Positions 24,716 through 38,559 of a stretch of DNA of 64,000 nucleotides are shown piece by piece. The stretch spans positions 137,950,001-138,014,000 of the forward strand of contig NC_042997.1 in assembly GCF_006345805.1 (NCBI RefSeq), in the 5' to 3' direction. Made by a program: the position numbers and the translations under genes. The DNA comes from Octopus sinensis. Its lineage: Eukaryota. The notes under the pieces are model-generated. The model saw nothing but the letters and a program-made list of their open reading frames with translations, was not told the DNA's origin and did no database searches. The first letter of the stretch is position 1; every line of letters begins with the position of its first letter.

Positions 24716-24870
24716 AGGCATGGCTGTGTGATAAAATGTTTGCTTCCCAACCTTATGGATCCAGGTTCAGTCCCACTGCATAGGACCTTGAGCAAGTCCC
24801 TTCTGCTATAGCCTCAGTTTGAACAAAGCCTTGTGAGTGGATTTGGTAGACAGAAACTGAAAGAAGCCTA

Positions 24871-24914
<44 letters not shown>

Positions 24915-25095
24915 CCACCACTTGACAACTGGTGTTGGTTTGCTTACATCTCTAACTTAGCAGTTCAGCAAAATAGTCTAATAGAATAAGTCCCAGGCTT
25001 TAAAAAAAAATAAGTACTGGGGTTGACTCATTCAGTTAAAAATTCTTGAAGTCAGTGCTCCAGCATGGTGACAGTCTAATAACCGAAACAAGTAA
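24716..25095 (+). mobile_element. tRNA-derived SINE (OK-like) with internal (GT)/(GA) microsatellite
   Basis: Same head, central domain and tail as 10656-11012. Confidence 0.8.
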
Positions 25096-25434
25096 AAGAC
25101 ATCTTACATTGAACAGATCTATTTGTCAAATCAACTGCTAATTAACAGATTTGACAAACCATTCTGATATATTGGAAGAGTTCATTACAAACAAGTCTTT
25201 ACTTACAGGTGTAGAATAGTCAATAGAATGCTTAGCCCTTTGGCATTTAAACCAACCATATCAGGCCAAATATTCTACATGTTTTATCTTCAAACTAGCC
25301 AGAGCTGGTCTCTCACATCTGTTCAACTTCATATTTTAAGAATGAGTTTACTGTTTCTAAAATGATGATTTTTAACAGGCACAAGGCTTCAAATTTGTAG
25401 GAGGAATATATTGATTTATACTGAGTCTAAGTGC

Positions 25435-25663
25435 TTCACCCTTTCGTTACCAACCCAGCTGAAACTGGCTGTGGCTCTGTCGTATAAATGTCTTGTTTTC
25501 ATATGTTTTGAATTAAAATCTTCCATCAAACCTTAGTCACAATTTATGTTCCTATCACTAGCTTAATGATAACTAAATTATTTTACTAAATTTTTTGTTA
25601 TATTTAAAGTAATTGAGAGAAACACAGGGCATCTCAAAATAAATACAGTAACAAAAGGGTTAA
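25435..25663. mobile_element. TTAA-type (piggyBac-like) MITE, family B
   Basis: TTCA-CCCTTTCGTTAC...GTAACAAAAGGG-TTAA. Confidence 0.65.
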
Positions 25664-27174
25664 CTGATACTTTATTAGCACTGGAAAGATGAAATGTAAA
25701 CTTAAACAGAAATTGAACTCAGAACATGAAGGGCTGTAACTAAATACTGCAAAGCATTTTTTTGGATGCTTTAACAATTCTGCCAACCCACATTAAACTT
25801 ATTACTTAGAATAAACAAACATGAATAATAAAACAAAAAAATGTTATGAAATAATAAGAAAAAAGGATTCTATTTTTGTCTTCACTACCATAATATCAAC
25901 ATCTGTCCTGTATTATATTGGTAGCAGGATATAGAAGGATCTGTAGAGACACCTTCAGACAGCTTATTCTTTCTTTAGGTGTGATGGCAGAGGTGGTGGT
26001 GATGTGGGTGTAGAATGTATACACGTGTGCCTATGTGCATGAGCCTGTCAGTCAATGTTAGCACAATCATCTTTTGACAATGTTAACTAGGTGGGGATCA
26101 AAATATTAATTTTTTTTTAAATACAAACATTGTGATCAAACAAAACTGTAAAAAAAAAATTAAATAAATAAATAAACTGGCACAATAATTCAGCTTGGTG
26201 ACCTATTAAAGTTAACCAACCCCTAATAAAACAGTCCTGAGTCAACAATAGCTCTAACCTTTAATGAATGTTAACCAAAATGTTTTGACAGGTTTGCTGG
26301 TTTCTGCCATTTCTAAAATCCAGTTTCTTTGTCAATAAAGGTGTGGTTCTGCTGGGAAAGAATCTGGAGTTGATTTTTTTCACTTTTTTTTTTTTTTTTT
26401 TTTGTATTTAAAAATCAACAACCTGAATTCTGAGCTGACAAGAGAACCTCTATACAATCGTTTGGCTTGCTAGAAATAGCAGCCAAATCTTCCTCAAATC
26501 ACACCCAATTGTCTTAAAAAAAAAAAAAAAAGGGTACATCAGATAATGTAGTACAGGATAAATATTATCATTGTGTTAACATCCACTTTTCCATGCTTGC
26601 AGAGGTTGAATAAAGTTTATTGTGGCAGATTTTCAACTATTGGATGCCTTCCCATCACCAACCCTCACCTGTCTCCAAGTAAGGTAATATTTCCCCACTA
26701 CAACACCAGCTGTCAAACGGTATCAGGGACAAATACAGACACACATACATCTATACATATGAGATGGGTTTCTTTCAGTTTCTCTCTGCTAAATCCACTC
26801 ACAGGGCTTTGGTCAGCCCAAGGCTATAGTAGAAGACACTAACCCAAAGTGCCATGCAGTGGGGATGAACCTTGAACCATGTGGTTGGTTCATGCCTGCA
26901 CCTTAATCAGTTTTATATGCAATGTTAGGATGACATCTACAGAGAGAAGCCCAATACTTTATATTAATGGCTTATAATCTCATTAAATATGTAGCTGATG
27001 TAATTCTTTGAATAATTTAATGAGGTTGACTGAACAAAAGAAGGTTAACAAATGGTCAGAATTTAAGTATTTTCTAGAAATGAACATAAAATAATGTTTT
27101 GGGGACACGGGTTTTATGTTATGTGTATGAGATCTCCAGCAATGATCATCAATGATTACAAGACCTAGCATTTG

Positions 27175-27620
27175 TAGTTACTTTGTGGGTTTTAATTGCT
27201 TGTTATTTAAGATTGGAGTGGATAAACTGCAAGCTTGTGTCTTTACTATAAACAGTGATTTACTTGGTGCTGTTGAAAGAGACAAGAATGTGATGCCCCT
27301 CATTGATGAATGTTTTCAGTAAGGTAGTGAAGGCTTGATATGAGGTATTGAGGTTGCACGAGGATGATGTCTGTGTGCAGAAGGTTGGGAAAGAATTAAA
27401 GGTGGTATCATGTGCATAGGGGTGGATATAATTAGAGGTGACAGCAAACAGGTTAATGTACAGAAGGAAGAGTGTAGAAGACAATTGAAATTAGGAGCAC
27501 ACAAGCTATGATAGAATGTGGGTAAGAGATAGCCACATCATTACATGCTGTGATTGTGTGATTGGACAGGAATATTTCAGTACAAGAAGTTCTTGTTGCC
27601 AAATGCAGTTAAAAGCTTTG
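27175..27620 (-). pseudogene. Degenerate L2/CR1-like LINE reverse transcriptase fragment
   Basis: SSTLFLLYINLFAVTSNYIHPYAHDTT (cf. SPTLFLLFINDL..IHSYADDST) followed by LVSFNSTK. Confidence 0.7.
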
Positions 27621-27747
27621 ATTTAAAGTGAGATGTCTCTGCTGTGAATTTCTTTTTATTTGGCCTGCAAGGACAACTTTATCACTGCCATATAATTTTT
27701 ATTTTCACACAAAACATTTTACCCAAACTAACTTTGTTATTTCTCTT

Positions 27748-28210
27748 TTAACCCTTTAGTATTTAAACAGGCCATATCCAGCCACAAATATTCTACCAAT
27801 TTTATGTCCTGTCTCTCACAACTACCCTACAATGTCATAAAAATAAACAATCACATAACCAAAATCTTGAAGTTTCAAGAAAATGTTCTGACTGGCGTCA
27901 GTGTCAGTGACACGTAAAAAGCACCAACCGATCATGGCCGTTTGCCAGCCTCCTTTGGCCTCTGTGCCGGTGGCACGTAAAAAGCACCCACTACACTCAC
28001 AGAGTGGTTGGCGTTAGGAAGGGCATCCAGCTGTAGAAACACTGCCAGATCGGACTGGAGCTTGGTGCAGCCGCCTGGCTTCCCAGACCCCAGTCAAACC
28101 ATCCAACCCATGCTAGCATGGAAAACAGATGTTAAACAATGATGATGATGATAATGAATGAATAAAGAAGTGTTACATTTGACAGAACAATCTGAATGTT
28201 AAAGGGCTAA
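27748..28210. mobile_element. piggyBac-type MITE family A interrupted by an RTE-tailed SINE fragment (~27890-28152)
   Basis: The left and right MITE halves flank the insertion. Confidence 0.75.
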
Positions 28211-28686
28211 ATAGGCTTTCCAAATGTTCAATGAGTAACAATAGGAAGCAAAGGCACCAAAATTTTCATTTCTGACTCTTACTGCAAGTACATGAGATGT
28301 TGTATACATGCAGTATATGAAAATATATTTAAATAGCCTTAAAAAGACAACTGACAGATATTTGTAGAACTTGTGTGTCTTCATAGTAAATAATATAAAG
28401 GTATATGCCTTATTGATTATGCTGTTAAACTCATGATCACAGGGTTGTGGGTTTGATTAGCATATGAAGTCATATACTATGTCCTTGAGCAAGGTACTTT
28501 TACACTAAATGCCAATCAACTGAAAATTACATCTGTTGCATTGTAGCATTTTACAGATTAACTCTTCTAACTACAAGAGGTCTTCTAAGTACAAGATGGC
28601 TTTTGATGGCTACAGAATATTTGATGATAGTAAAAGCCATGGTTGCAGTAAAAAATTTGGAAGTTCAGTCCCTACCTAAAACTCAC

Positions 28687-28722
28687 ATCTGGAAACTGAT
28701 TGAAAAAAGTCTTCAAAACATT
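28687..28722 (-). CDS. Candidate 36-nt exon (NVLKTFFNQFPD or CFEDFFQSVSR)
   Basis: Acceptor ttaacttctgacag, donor GAT|gtgagt, frame-preserving length. Confidence 0.3.
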
Positions 28723-29139
28723 CTGTCAGAAGTTAACAGACCGAAAAATATTTTTGCACAAAACTTAAATTACTTGAAAGAATTTTGTCTGACATTCTAC
28801 GTTTTCTGTCAGTAATAACAATAACAACCATAACTAAAACAACAAAACAAAAAAAGGAAGAATAGAGCTAAAATACACTTTGATCTGAAACACTTGGAGA
28901 TAACAAGATGACATTGTCATCTGCACTGTATCATATAACCATAGAAAACAAAAATATATAAAAATCAGTCTACCATTAGTAAAAATTTCACTTTAAAATA
29001 GATGTTATTGTTTAACCCAGGTCAGCTCTGACTGAGCAATCAACCTCTGTTGTAGCTGTGATCATTCCCTATTTTTGTATATCAACAAATACTATAAGTT
29101 GTCCAATGTATCTATACTCCAGGTATTATCTTTTATCTT

Positions 29140-29480
29140 TTACCTGTTTCAGTCATTAGACTGTGACCATGCTGGGGCACAGCTTTGAAGAATTTTTAGC
29201 TGAATATATTTTTTATTGGTCTCTTGCCAAACTTAAGTTACAGGGATGTAAACACACCAGCACTGGTTGTCAAGTATTGGGATGGTGTGGGGGACAAACA
29301 CAGATACAAAGACACAAACACACACACCAGACTTCTTTCATTTTCCGTCTACCAAATCCAGTCACAAGGCTTTGGTCGGTCCAAGGCTATAGTAGAAGAC
29401 ACTTGCCCAAGGCACCATGCAGTGGGGTTGAACCCTGAACCATGTGGTTGGGAAGCAAGCTTTTTACGACTCAGCCATGC
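29140..29480 (-). mobile_element. tRNA-derived SINE (OK-like)
   Basis: Colinear with 749-1160; explains ORFs 29163 and 29224. Confidence 0.8.
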
Positions 29481-30204
29481 CTTTGTCTATAGTAGTGTAT
29501 AACTTAAGATAAATTTGGCTGTTATTTATAGTAGGTCAAATGAGCAGGCTATAGACCCAGGAATAATATAAATAAAACAGGAAACTAAATGTATTTTTAG
29601 TTTTAGCCTTTTTCAAGCGTCTTCCTTTTCCAAAGTTGTCACAGTCTTTTATCCCTCATCGCCTTAATGTCTACTTTTCCATTGGTCAAATGGAAATTGT
29701 CCATAGGCAGAGGATTGGTTGTGTGGATAATAAGCTTGTTTCCCAACCATCTTGTCTTCAGTCTCATTGTGTGGTACCTTGGGCAAGTGGCTTCTATTAT
29801 AGCCTCCAAGCTGATCAAAGCCTTGTGAGTGGATTTAGCAGATAGAAACTGAAAGAAACCTGTCGTGTGTGTGTGTGTTATGTTTGTTCCCTACCACTAC
29901 TTGACAACTGATGTTGGTTTGCTTATGTCCTTGTAACTTAATTTCTCAACAGAAGAGGCTGACAGACTAAGTAGCAGCCTTAAAAAAAATACATGTTCTG
30001 GGTTTGATTTGTTTCACTAAACCTTTCAAAGCAATGCTCCATCATGGTCATAATTCAATGACTGAAACACATAAAAGATAGAAGAAAGATAAACAGTTCA
30101 TAAATAAGAACCAGTTAATACATTGTGATTTCTTCAAACAACTACATCCACCTTGCACAACAAAAATGAGATAAAAATGGTTAGCATTATGCCTAAAAGA
30201 GAAT

Positions 30205-30415
30205 TTAAGTCTTTAGCATTCAAACTGGCCATACCTGTTTTATGCCTATAACCAGCCAGATGCAACCTCTCACACCTACCTTACAATGTCCTTCTAAAAA
30301 TAAGCAATCACACCATGAAAATCTCAAAGCCACCAGATGATGCAGGATTAATTCAAAACAATGTGAATAAATAAGCATTATATTTGACAGAGTAATCTGA
30401 ATGCTAAAGGGTTAA
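30205..30415. mobile_element. piggyBac-type MITE family A
   Basis: TTAAGTCTTTAGCATT...AATGCTAAAGGGTTAA. Confidence 0.8.
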
Positions 30416-32943
30416 TATATTAATTTCAAGCTTTGTAACAGGGTAAAAAATTTATAAGAAAAACTGTTCAATATATTGACCTCAGTATATTACTGATACC
30501 TATTTCATCAACCTTTCTTACCATGGAAATTGGTGAACCAACAAAGGAGCTTTTACAGGGGTCACTTGACCTAATCTGCAAGAAAAAGTTGCCAAATTAC
30601 ACCTAATCATCTCAGAAATGAAAGAATACTTTGGGGTAATGTAGTACATGATAAATCATATCTTGTGCTGATCTGGGGCTAAACAAAAACAACAGCAACC
30701 CATGAAATAGATAAAAAAAACAAAGTCAACCCAGGTCAGATTTAAGCTTACAATATAAAGTGATAACTGCACTATATTTCATCTGACAAGCTACTGTATA
30801 AGGGTCACACAGTCACTCTAATATATATTAATTACAAATTAATTTCAAAATATCTCAACTAGTTATTCAGTACCACAGAATATCTAGAACTGAAGATGAA
30901 TTTTTTTTTTTTTTAAACCCATTCTCCAAATCTCAAAAATCCATATTTGTTGTGCCTCATCACCATCATCAACAAAATTTAACATCCATTTCCTATCCTG
31001 GTATGAGTTGGACAGTTTGACATGAACTGGCAAGGCCAAGAACTGCATCAGGTTCCATAGTGTATTTTGGTATGATTTCTATGACTGGATGCCCTTCCTA
31101 ACACCAACCATTTTACAGAATGTACTGGGTGCTTTTTACATGGCACTAGCACTCATGCTTATGATTTTTATATGGTACCTTGGTTTTAGGATGTCAATTC
31201 TGTTGTGGTGGACAAGTCTTCATGAGTACAGTAAAGCAGTACATATCTCAGTCCTCTGTCATCTCCTTCATAAAGCTTAACGTTTTGAGATCAGCCTTCA
31301 ATACTTCATTCCATGTCTGTCACTCAACATACAAGAACCAGCAATCATATTTCTATCAACTCATACACTACCATCTTCAAAAAGGAAGGAGTCATATGGT
31401 CCTTATACACTATCATCATCATCATTTGATGTTCTCCTTCCATGTTAGCATGAGTTGGATATGGCTCAACATGATCCATTCCATTGAACCAGATGGCTGT
31501 GGTCAGCTCAAATGTCTTCTCTGATACGGGTTTTTTTATGAATGGATGCCCGTCCTAATACTAACCACTTCACAGAATATATCTTATTTTTTACTTGTTT
31601 CAGTAATTAGGCTGTGGCCATGCTGGTGCACCAACTTAAAGAACTTTAGTCAAACAAATCAATCCCAGTAAATTATGTTTTTTAAGCCTGGTACTTATTC
31701 TATCAGTCTCTAAGATACGGGGGTGTAAATATACCAACATTGGTTGTCAAGTGGTGTGGAGAGGAGAGGGGAGACTGACACAAGTACACACACATTTTTT
31801 TTTTACCTTTTTACTTGTTTCTTTATTTTTTATATGTGCACATGTTATATATTATTATTTTAATGTCCACTTCTCCATACTTGAATGGTTTGGATGGCAT
31901 TTATTAAGGCAGATTTTCTACATTTGGATACCCTTTCCATCACCAACCCTCAACCGTTACCAAGCAAGGTAGTATTTTTCCATAGCCAAATAAGTTCACA
32001 GAATGAGTTACTGCATATGTGAGACTGACATTCATTTACTACGGTCAAATGATGTGAAGACAAAGAGAGTTGCACATGCATGCACAGGTATGTGCACATG
32101 CACACAGAGGGCTTCTTATAGTTTCCATTTACCTAATCTACTAACATGGTTTTGGTTGGTCCAGTACCAAGGTAACACACAGTGGGACTGAACCTGAAAC
32201 CATGTTGTTGGGAAGCAAACTTATCCACACAGCCACACCTGCATCACACATACACACACACACTCTCTCTCACTCACTCTCTCTCTCTCTCTCAAAGAGG
32301 AGGGAGAAAAAGAGAGAGAACAGTCGGTCTTGACTTCATTTTAGCATTGAGAACAATAATAGAAATGTCAAACAAAGTTATTGAACAAAGAGATGAGATT
32401 AAGTTATCACAAGATAAAAATGCATATCGAGTGCATGTATAAATGCATGTATATGTACACATGAAAATGTGAGGGAGAGGTGTACACATGAAAATATGAG
32501 GGATGGATGTGTGTGTGTAGGAGTGTATATAATTAGATAATCATTTAATCATTTAATATATGATTTGATTATGTTATCTGTTTGTTATTTATGTGCTTGC
32601 ATGTGAACACATAAAATCTGCTTGCAAAAGAAGAAGTACTCAATACATGTTGTAGAGCATATTCGTTTATTCAGAGGTTTACAACTGAAAGTTTACTCAG
32701 TTTACTGTGCGATGTGTGTCTCAGTCTCTGGCATGTTCTTCAATCAACTTGATGATAATGAATATACAAAAGATGGACTTAATAAACATACAAGAGATGG
32801 AAGACTCAGATTAGTGGTCTACAGGAGATGTAGGATCCATACACCATGGGCAACCTTCATCTTTTTCCATTCAAAAGGGCTTTCCAACTCAATATTTACA
32901 TGTTATTATTTATAGCTTTATATGTGTACCCAAGGTATTCCAA

Positions 32944-32986
<43 letters not shown>

Positions 32987-33369
32987 CAAAAGACACCCCC
33001 CCCCCCGTCCAATGGATGGTGCTGAGTTGTCAAACATTTAAACCAAATTTTCTCAAAACAATTTGTCTGACCATCCCATAGGCCTCCCTTTTGAGAAACA
33101 CTGATTTAACCTAAATTTGAGACACCAGCAAAAGAAGAAATAAAGATAGACTTTTTATCTATTCCAAAGAAAAACGATTTTATTCACACAAATATGCAAC
33201 CGGAGAGTTTAAAGTACCAGTAATGATAAGGCTGTTGACTGGGAGAACACAAACATGGTTTAAACAGTAAGCTTGGCAGGAAAGAAACGTGCCTTTAAGC
33301 AGTACAAAAACAACAAAAAATGGAAGGTGCAGTTATGTACAGGTTGACGGAAGAAAAGCAGGACAAAAA

Positions 33370-33545
33370 CGGCTTTATCGATCGCATTCTCACCTGGAAT
33401 CGATTTTTGTAATTTTTTCAAGACTTATACACGCCCTAATACCGTCGGCATCTACATATCAAATTTGAGTGCAATTGGATGGAGGATGCCCGAGAGCCTA
33501 GAAGGCACACATACACACAGACAGAATGGATTTTATGTAATAGAT
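33370..33545 (+). mobile_element. Possible Helitron/Helentron-like non-autonomous 3' fragment
   Basis: CpG-rich; ATATCAAATTTGAG...CACACAGACAG...TTTTATGTAATAGAT resembles Lep1-type Helitron ends as I recall them. Confidence 0.35.
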
Positions 33546-33811
33546 ATTCAAATATGAATTAAAAGCAGCTTGAGGTATTATATACAGAATTGAACACACA
33601 TGCACAAGGTATGTGTGTTATTAGTTTGTGAGACAGCTACAGTTTTTAGGCATAAGAGAATATATTCTCTGTGCACCTGGTATAAAAAATACACCTGAAA
33701 GTATGCCATAGTCAAGCGAGATAACTCCCATAGATCCCTTCTCAAAGCAACAGACATCAATGCTTCATCATTGTTATGATTTAGCAATACCATGTATCAG
33801 ACAACTATGAC

Positions 33812-33862
<51 letters not shown>

Positions 33863-35476
33863 TAATCGTGTCCAATTCCGGTATTTCATACATTGGGTGA
33901 ATTTTGTGTATATACTTAGAGTTGAATTGTATAGAATTTTAGAGAGTATCTGATGAGTTAGTTTTCTTTCTTTGCATTCATTTGTAAATATAAAATTGTA
34001 TTGTATAATGCTGAACATACATATTGATGCAAACATGTATAATTTTTGCATACTGAAATTAATGCTACATGAAAATTATGAAATGGCTCTAATCATATAA
34101 AAATCACAGAAAAATAATCTACCTTCATGTCTCACACCTCCTGACTATGCTCTTGCTGATTTCAAATCTCAGTGTTTGAATGTTTTGCTTATAAAATTTT
34201 ATGCACCATGTGCTCTGTTTTTGGTGCAAAAAAAAAATCAGTTGCACAGTCAGAGTTTAACGTGTCAGTTATGGATTTATTACCCAGTAGGCCACACTAA
34301 CGAGGCTCAGGGTTTAAATATCCAAAAACCGAAACCTGGCTTGTGAATATCCTTAATTGCATAATATTCTTATTTGTGCTGTTAAATGTTTTAATCTTTT
34401 CTGTTTTCCTAGCATACTGTTTTTCTCTGTTATCTTGGTTCGGTACGGTGGATAAATTTAAGACTTTAGCTCTTATTTCTAGCAGGTGGATGCTTGTTAA
34501 ACATCCTAACGCTTCATACAAATTTATAATTCATAGCTACTTAATGCCATTGTGCCTGCAATCCACCTATGTCACTGCTGGTGATATCCTCAATTTTAAA
34601 ATTTATCCACAGATGATATGAACAGTAGTGACATCTGATTTCAAATCTCACTGTTTGAATGTTTTGCTTATATATATATATCACAGGCATTATCAAGAAT
34701 AAAATCAGAGTGTTTCATACGTAAATTAAAATAGTTAATGATATACTTTGTTGAGTGATTATAACTTAAAATTTTGTATACACAAAAATCTTGATAATCA
34801 AACAATGAAATACAACCACTCAATGCATTTGTATAGTGACATGTCACAAATATATAATACTCTTGTGTTTATAAATGAGAAAAGAAGGGGTGATAGATGA
34901 ATAAGGAAGGAAGGTGTGATGTCATACTTGGATGATGAAAGTTGTATGCTGAAAAAAAAATCAAACAGCGTTTCAACTGTGTGAATATATGTGTATGTAA
35001 AAGTGAGGTACGTGAATGTGTGTGTGTGTATGTGTTTGTGTGTGTGTGTGTGCACACAAAGTGAGATGGTTTGTCTTTGTTCGCTTAATATTTGGGCTTA
35101 TTTTTTGATTTGGTTGAATCTTGGTTGTTTCTTTTTTTTTTTGTTGGTCAGTTATTTTTAGCATTTTGACATATATATAAACACACACACATGCATTTTT
35201 CTATTTGTTTCATGGATTGCAACCAGGCTGGGGACATTGCCTTGAATGATTTTAGTTGATCACACAAATCACAGAAATTATTTTTAGGTGTAGTATTTAG
35301 CAATGAAACAAACAGATTGCTAAGATATAGGATGTAAACAAGTATATTAATTTTTTTCCATCAATGACAGAGATAAATACACATGTGCATAAACACATGA
35401 AACCTGAGACCATGTGGTTGTGAAGCAAACTTCTTAACCACACAGCTGTCTTCATCTTTCTCTCTCTCTATACGTG

Positions 35477-35508
<32 letters not shown>

Positions 35509-35840
35509 AAGAGAGATAGAGAGAATCACATACACACATTGAGAGAGAGACAGACAAACAGAGAGTGAGAGACAGCAAGAAATATCAAATGCTTATTTTC
35601 TACTTGATTTATACAATATGATTAGCATTGACCAATAAATGATCAGTTTCATTGGGTCATGTAAAATGTGCTAAGAGTTACGACATTGTGACATTCATAG
35701 CTTCTTCAAGAATATTAATGATGAACGCAATGTTATCACCGGTGCAAAATATGCTTGTGGCATGTTCGAACTTGTAAACAAGCCACTCACCATGTTTTGC
35801 CATAGAGAAAATTTTTTGCTGTAGACAAATGGTGTAAATA

Positions 35841-36389
35841 TTGGGTTGTCCGGAAAATTTGTAACGATTTTTAAAGGAAAGAAAAAGGTCAATAAATTCT
35901 TGCCATTATATTTATAATCAATAAAAAATGAACCATTTTGTTGCACAGTGTGTCTTCATCTTTCCTTTAACCCTTTTCCCAAAATTGAGGCGGTTTCATG
36001 GAAAAGAATTCATCAAGATATCTTTTTACATCATCCAAGGAATTGAAATTTTTACCATTAAGACTATTCTGCAGAGACCTGAATAAGTGTAAATCTGAAG
36101 GAGCAATATCTGGTGAATATGGAGGGTGGGGTAATACATCCCAGCCGAGCTGAAGCAATTTTTGTCTGGTTCCCAAAGCATCAAGTGTCAAAAATGAACT
36201 TATCTTCCATTTTAAAGGGTTACAGAATTAACACAGGTTACAGGAACATAAACCTTCCATGAAAAGATAGCTTAAACTGTGCTCTAAATGGAGGTGTAAT
36301 CAAATCCTATTTTATGGACTCAACCATGTTCTAAAATAAGTTGAAAGGTAAGTTACTATAAATCGGTACAAACTTTCTGGATAACCCAA
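35841..36389 (-). mobile_element. Internally deleted mariner (549 bp) with both TIRs
   Basis: TIRs TTGGGTTGTCCGGAAAATTTGTA and TACAAACTTTCTGGATAACCCAA, flanked by TA. The N-terminal start (ATG at 36210) is joined to TRQKLLQLGWDVLPHPPYSPDIAPSDLHLFRSLQNSL. Confidence 0.95.
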
Positions 36390-37848
36390 TACACCCAGAT
36401 CAGTTCACAATGCTACCTATCTAGAAAGTGAGGTACAAGCATTTTGGAGTGGTTATCTCCTCTTCAGTTACAGACACTAGGCAGGGGCATGCTGTGAACT
36501 GATAAAAGAGATTGTTTCTCTTATTTACATCATTTGTTTACAGTGAGAAATTTTCTCCATGACAAAACACAGTGAATGGCTTGTTTATGAGTCCAAGCGT
36601 GCTACAAGCATATTTGAACTGCTTAGAGCTTTCCTTCCTTGATTAATGATGAAAGTAAAATGACTGAGCTACAATTGGAAATCATAAGCAGATTAGAAAT
36701 CTCATTTTCAAAGAGCTCACTTTTACTTCGTAGACTGTTTGATATTTGGTGATCAGATGTAATGATGTATTAATATCTTTGTCTAATGTTGATACAAAAC
36801 TATACATTTTAGGGAAGGATAGAGGCAAATTAATTCCCAATATTTGACTAGGTTTTTATTTTACTGATCCTAAAAGAATGAAAGAACAAAAGGCAAAATT
36901 GACTTTTGCAGGATTTGAACTCAGAATGTGAAGGTCTGCAAATAAATTCCATAATCCACTTTCCATATTCACGTATTTAATATGTCCAAGTCTGGCAGAA
37001 TCATTAGCATGCCAGGCCAAATGCTTAGCAACATTTTGTCCATCTTAACCTTCTGAGTTCAAATGTTGCCAGAGTTAACTTTGCCTTTCATCCTTCTGGA
37101 GCCGATAAAATAAGTACCAGTTGAGCACTGGGAGAGCAATGTAATTGACTTACCCCATTCCTCGAAATTGCTGGCCTTGAGCCAAAATTTGAAACCAATA
37201 TTAATATGTCCAACCTCATTGTTGTTTCATCTCACCACTTCCCAAAAAGTTACACAAAATAGGGTCCAGAATCACAAAACAGATTTAGACTCATAACCCA
37301 TGGAGCGTTAGACACCTTAGCCACATATCCATTTCACTCACATAATCTTGCTTGCCAACTACTTTTTATGAACAAATGAGAGAGCCTCTGTCTGTTTGTC
37401 TGACTTGCTAGATATAGCAGTCAAATCTATCAATAACATCCTACTATCTTACCAAAAGATGGGTTGCTTTGAATAATGTAGTTCTAGATACAGTCATTTT
37501 TATTCAGATATAATGCAACATCTTTATTTTATACTGCAATTTGCTATAACAGACAAATCACTGGTTTACTTAGGATATAAATATCTGCTGTCAGAAGCTA
37601 TGTTGATGTAGGTCTTATTTCAGACATTGACCTTTTTGTTTTAAGCATTGAAAAGCTGATTGTGCAACTACTTTTAAAATAAGGATGTACAGAAGCATGA
37701 AAGAGGTATTGACCATACAGAAAAAAATATATATAGACAATATTTGCATTGAAAAATATAATATAAAAAAAAACAGCATATACTGTAGGTACAAGTGAAA
37801 AAATAAACAGAAAAGAGACTATGTCAAGAATAAGAAATTGCAAGTAAT

Positions 37849-37887
<39 letters not shown>

Positions 37888-37899
37888 TATATATATATG

Positions 37900-38515
37900 T
37901 TATTTAAAGGTCACAATACATGTATCAAAGCACTACTAATAGTTTCATATGTTGAGAAAACTCAAACATATTCTTCAGGCTAAAACCACATATAAAGAAC
38001 TAAAAAAATTGAATAATTGAAAAAATGAAAAAAAACTGAGAAGGTAGCATGTAGAAAATGCATAAAGTAAAACAACAGAAAATGAAAAACAGAAACACAA
38101 AAACTATAAAGGTAAAGGAGCTTTCCTCCTTAGACCTTAAAGGATAAGGTTGGAAAGATATCAAGTCAGTCAGGAATAGGCAGAATTTTTCAGTTCTTCA
38201 AAACATATTTATACATATGCATGCAACTACTGAAAATTTCTGACCTAGAGTCCAATAGAGAGTTAAGGATCTTAGATCTGAACTGGATCTGTATTCTTTC
38301 ACTCAAACAAAATTTACATTTATTTAATCCATTCACATAAGGTATAGATTTCTCAATTACTTTCCATTTAATCGCATGCGGTATTCCATTATCTTTCAAA
38401 GTCCATACATAGCTAGCCAACTTAGCTTTACTTTTGTCCCTGTCAGAAGGAGGCGATGTGATTGGCATAAAGATTTTAAAATTCACTTTCACATAATCCA
38501 ATCAGTTGTATTATT
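37900..38515 (-). mobile_element. Penelope-like element 3' end (GIY-YIG endonuclease C-terminus plus terminal repeat), left arm
   Basis: KLASYVWTLKDNGIPHAIKWKVIEKSIPY..KCKFCLSERI..LLDSRSEIFSSCMH matches the Penelope GIY-YIG tail motif (C..C..E, RSE..C.H). Confidence 0.85.
37927..37982 (-). ncRNA. Putative minimal type I hammerhead ribozyme motif (degenerate stem I)
   Basis: CUGAAGA - stem II AUAUG(U)UUGAG UUUU CUCAACAUAU - GAAAC UAUUA GUA. Located in a Penelope terminal repeat, where such motifs are known. Confidence 0.5.
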
Positions 38516-38559
38516 ATTTAGGGTTGCAGTAACTTCTGCCTCATAAATGACTGAGTTAG

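Noticed and set aside
34293-34345. CACA-CTAACGA..CC-GAAA-CCTGG-CT-TGTG hammerhead-like arrangement
   Set aside because: Two invariant core positions are wrong (G5, U16.1) and stem II is only 2 bp; consistent with chance.
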